A stretch of 10,134 nucleotides of DNA from Rotaria magnacalcarata (taxonomy: Eukaryota). The notes beneath the pieces were generated by a model. That model was not told where the DNA came from and did no database searches. It saw nothing but the letters and a program-made list of their open reading frames with translations. The first letter of the stretch is position 1; each line of letters starts with the position of its first letter. Shown one piece after another: positions 8,560-10,134 of this stretch. The stretch lies in the NCBI GenBank assembly GCA_905261645.1, contig CAJNOV010008100.1, forward strand, positions 1-10,134, written 5' to 3'. The position numbers were made by a program, and so were the translations under genes.

Positions 8560-8624
8560 AGCTACCAAGACGCGTTTCGTCCCTGCTAGAGGACTCATCA
8601 GTGAGGGTGTGGGTGTTACCAGCT
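8560..8624 (-). ncRNA. hammerhead ribozyme core abutting telomere-like DNA
   Basis: Minus strand: CUGAUGA GUCCU CUAGC AGGGAC GAAA CGCGUC^UUGGUAGCU. Core CUGAUGA 8601-8595, stem II GUCCU/GGGAC, GAAA 8578-8575, GUC 8571-8569. An outer AGCUGGUAA/UUGGUAGCU pairing (8 of 9, with wobbles) is possible, but the intervening segment is the C-rich telomere-like strand. Confidence 0.75.
8604..8615 (+). repeat. telomere-like tract immediately after the HHR core
   Basis: AGGGTGTGGGTG directly follows TCATCAGTG. Confidence 0.6.
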
Positions 8625-8672
8625 ACCATAATCTATAGATTTCATTGGAACAACCCAAATCATCAGATGGCA
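8624..8672 (-). ncRNA. divergent hammerhead-like fold with complete core but weak 10.1/11.1 pair
   Basis: Minus strand: UGCCAU CUGAUGA U UUGG GUUGUU CCAA U GAAA UCUAUAGA U U AUGGUA. Stem I UGCCAU/AUGGUA 6 bp (one wobble), stem II UUGG/CCAA, stem III AUC/GAU, cleavage triplet AUU. Confidence 0.4.
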
Positions 8673-8739
8673 ATTAATCTAATAAAATTTTTTGACAAAA
8701 ATTCAAAAGATTATTTTAAATAAAAGTTTTCAAGAAAAA

Positions 8740-8797
8740 TCGAGATCGACACGACGCGTTTCGTCCTTTCTCAAGGGGGCTCATCAGGTATCTTCGA
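8740..8797 (-). ncRNA. hammerhead ribozyme, tandem copy 1 (partly degenerate stem II)
   Basis: Minus strand: UCGA A GAUAC CUGAUGA GCCCCCUUGAGAAAGGAC GAAA CGCGUC^GUGUC GAUC UCGA. Stem I GAUAC/GUGUC plus distal UCGA/UCGA separated by an internal loop. Core and GUC intact; two A-C mismatches in stem II. Confidence 0.8.
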
Positions 8798-8908
8798 ACT
8801 TCTATTATTATATAAAGAATAAACTCATTCAAATAAAATTCGAAGAAGTTGAAACTTAAACATAATAATAATAAGAAATAATTTTTAAATAAAAGTTTTC
8901 AAGAAAAA

Positions 8909-8965
8909 TCGAGATCGACACGACGCGTTTCGTCCTTTCTCAAGAGACTCATCAGGTATCTTCGA
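8909..8965 (-). ncRNA. hammerhead ribozyme, tandem copy 2
   Basis: Minus strand: UCGA A GAUAC CUGAUGA GUCUCUU GAG AAAGGAC GAAA CGCGUC^GUGUC GAUC UCGA. Stem II GUCU.UU/AAaGGAC has one mismatch. CUGAUGA 8955-8949, GAAA 8931-8928, GUC 8924-8922. Confidence 0.87.
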
Positions 8966-8999
8966 ACTTCTATTATTTTATAAAGTAAAGACTCATTTA

Positions 9000-9030
9000 A
9001 ATATAAAATATATAAATATATAAATATATT
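9000..9030. repeat. TATAAATA-type low-complexity expansion inside the tandem unit
   Basis: AATATAAAATATATAAATATATAAATATATT. It accounts for unit 2 being about 189 bp rather than 169 bp. Confidence 0.75.
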
Positions 9031-10134
9031 CAAAGAAGTCAAAACTGAAACATAATATATAAAAAGACAATTTATTATTAAAAGTTTTAAAGAAAAATCG
9101 AAGAAGTTAAAACTTAGCCTTAATAACAAAAAACATAATTTCAATATATTAGATCAAACCTGAATATTATAATAACAAATAATTATCTAATCTCGATGAC
9201 TTCGTAAAATCAAAGAATTCAAACTAATTATCAGTTGATCGTAAAATTTATACTCATTTTTTCATTGAACTATATCTAGTTTGTAAGTGGTAATACAGGA
9301 TATGTTTTAATTTGAATGAATCGACCATAAAATAAATGACATTAATCATTCTTTGGAATTAGTTTTCGATTACTTCTAGGTAATGTCTTAATTTTAAGAT
9401 TTCTTAATGACTTATATTTAACGTTTCTTTCTTAATGGAATAATATTAGAGCTTTCTATCAAAAATTAGTTTTTTGTTTAATCAATGTAAAAATGAGTAT
9501 AGAAAAGTAAATTTACTTGTAAAATAGGTCAAAGTTCCCTGATACTTATTGACAGAATATTAATTTACTTCAATATCACTTTTATCAATATTACAAATTA
9601 TATCAAATCATAAATTATTTGTTTCATCTTCCCACAAAATAATGATGAACTAGCTGATATAGTATAAATAACAATGATTTCAACTATGTAGTTTTAATGA
9701 TCCATTTCTTATTGCATTGAAAATCATATATAAACAAAGCAAATTGACACTAGACATTTAAAACGATGAACATATGTTAGAATAATAATCAAAATACTTC
9801 GAATGTACTAAATATATAGTCGAACGATAGCTTCTTAAATTAAATAAATAATCATTCGATGATCTATCTTCAATAAAATATTAAGATTGGCTTCATTGTG
9901 ATCTAAATTTAACCATTTCACCTTACTTTCATTTATATACTATATTAATCTCCGATGAATTGATCCATTTTACTCAATGAATTATTCCGTTAATTCCTTA
10001 AGAATAAAAATAAATGTTCCCATTTGATATAGAAGATATATTGACAAATTGTTTTTATCATCAATAACCACTCTGTTTAGTAATATATTTTAGTTTAATC
10101 GTATATCTTTTAATTATAAGACCAATAGAATATA

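Larger units (their letters stand above)
8548..8628 (+). repeat. degenerate direct duplication AGGGTGTG...AGCTACCA flanking a hammerhead core (offset 56-61 bp)
   Basis: AGGGTGTGTAATAGCTACCA (8548-8567) versus AGGGTGTGGGTGTTACCAGCTACCA (8604-8628). Confidence 0.65.
8711..9150. repeat. tandem array of hammerhead-containing repeats: two full units and one core-deleted unit
   Basis: AAAAGTTTTCAAGAAAAATCGAGATCGACACGACGCGTTTCGTCCTTTCTCAAG... at 8722 recurs at 8891 (period 169). A third AAAAGTTTTAAAGAAAAATCGAAGAAGTTAAAACTTA begins at 9080 and lacks the ribozyme. Confidence 0.9.

Noticed and set aside
8363-8638. 91-aa plus-strand ORF overlapping the end of the membrane-protein ORF
   Set aside because: Alternate frame of a better-supported ORF, extending into the HHR and telomere-like segment with no protein-like motifs.
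8899-9144. 81-aa minus-strand ORF
   Set aside because: It reads through the tandem hammerhead repeats and AT-rich low-complexity DNA. Composition (FFNFFDFSLKLLIINCLFIYY) is typical of spurious AT-rich translation.
5581-9150. A full Athena/Penelope retrotransposon
   Set aside because: No reverse transcriptase or GIY-YIG ORF of credible length in the supplied track. Only HHR and telomere-like signatures are seen, so I claim orphan termini rather than a complete element.
8711-9150. CRISPR array or prokaryotic repeat system
   Set aside because: Repeat unit is about 169 bp and not short repeat/unique spacer. Intron-like signals, the hAT transposase and base composition all indicate a eukaryotic genome.

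Overview
Eukaryotic, AT-rich, repeat-dense window. I infer a bdelloid-rotifer-like, possibly subtelomeric origin from degenerate TGTGGG-type repeats next to Penelope/Athena-like hammerhead motifs. Main contents: (1) the start of a 169-bp tandem satellite at the left edge. (2) A hAT-superfamily DNA transposon with an uninterrupted 701-aa BED-zinc-finger transposase ORF (3005-5110), which contains a probable 144-nt in-frame intron. (3) A small multi-pass membrane protein ORF (8049-8456), probably the 3' exon of a spliced gene. (4) The most interesting layer: minus-strand hammerhead-ribozyme (HHR) cores at five to six loci between about 5.6 and 9.0 kb. They share the 11-mer GACGCGTTTCG on the + strand, i.e. 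CGAAACGCGTC on the - strand, coupled to CUGANGA and stem II. One pair lies in a tandem array with a 169-bp period. Two sites directly abut degenerate (TGTGGG)n tracts oriented as expected for 5'-truncated telomere-attached Athena/terminon-type retroelements. (5) A G-rich to C-rich inverted telomere-like array at 6299-6398, arranged like a telomere-telomere fusion. No reverse transcriptase ORF is visible in the supplied track, so the HHRs look like orphan retroelement termini or satellites.
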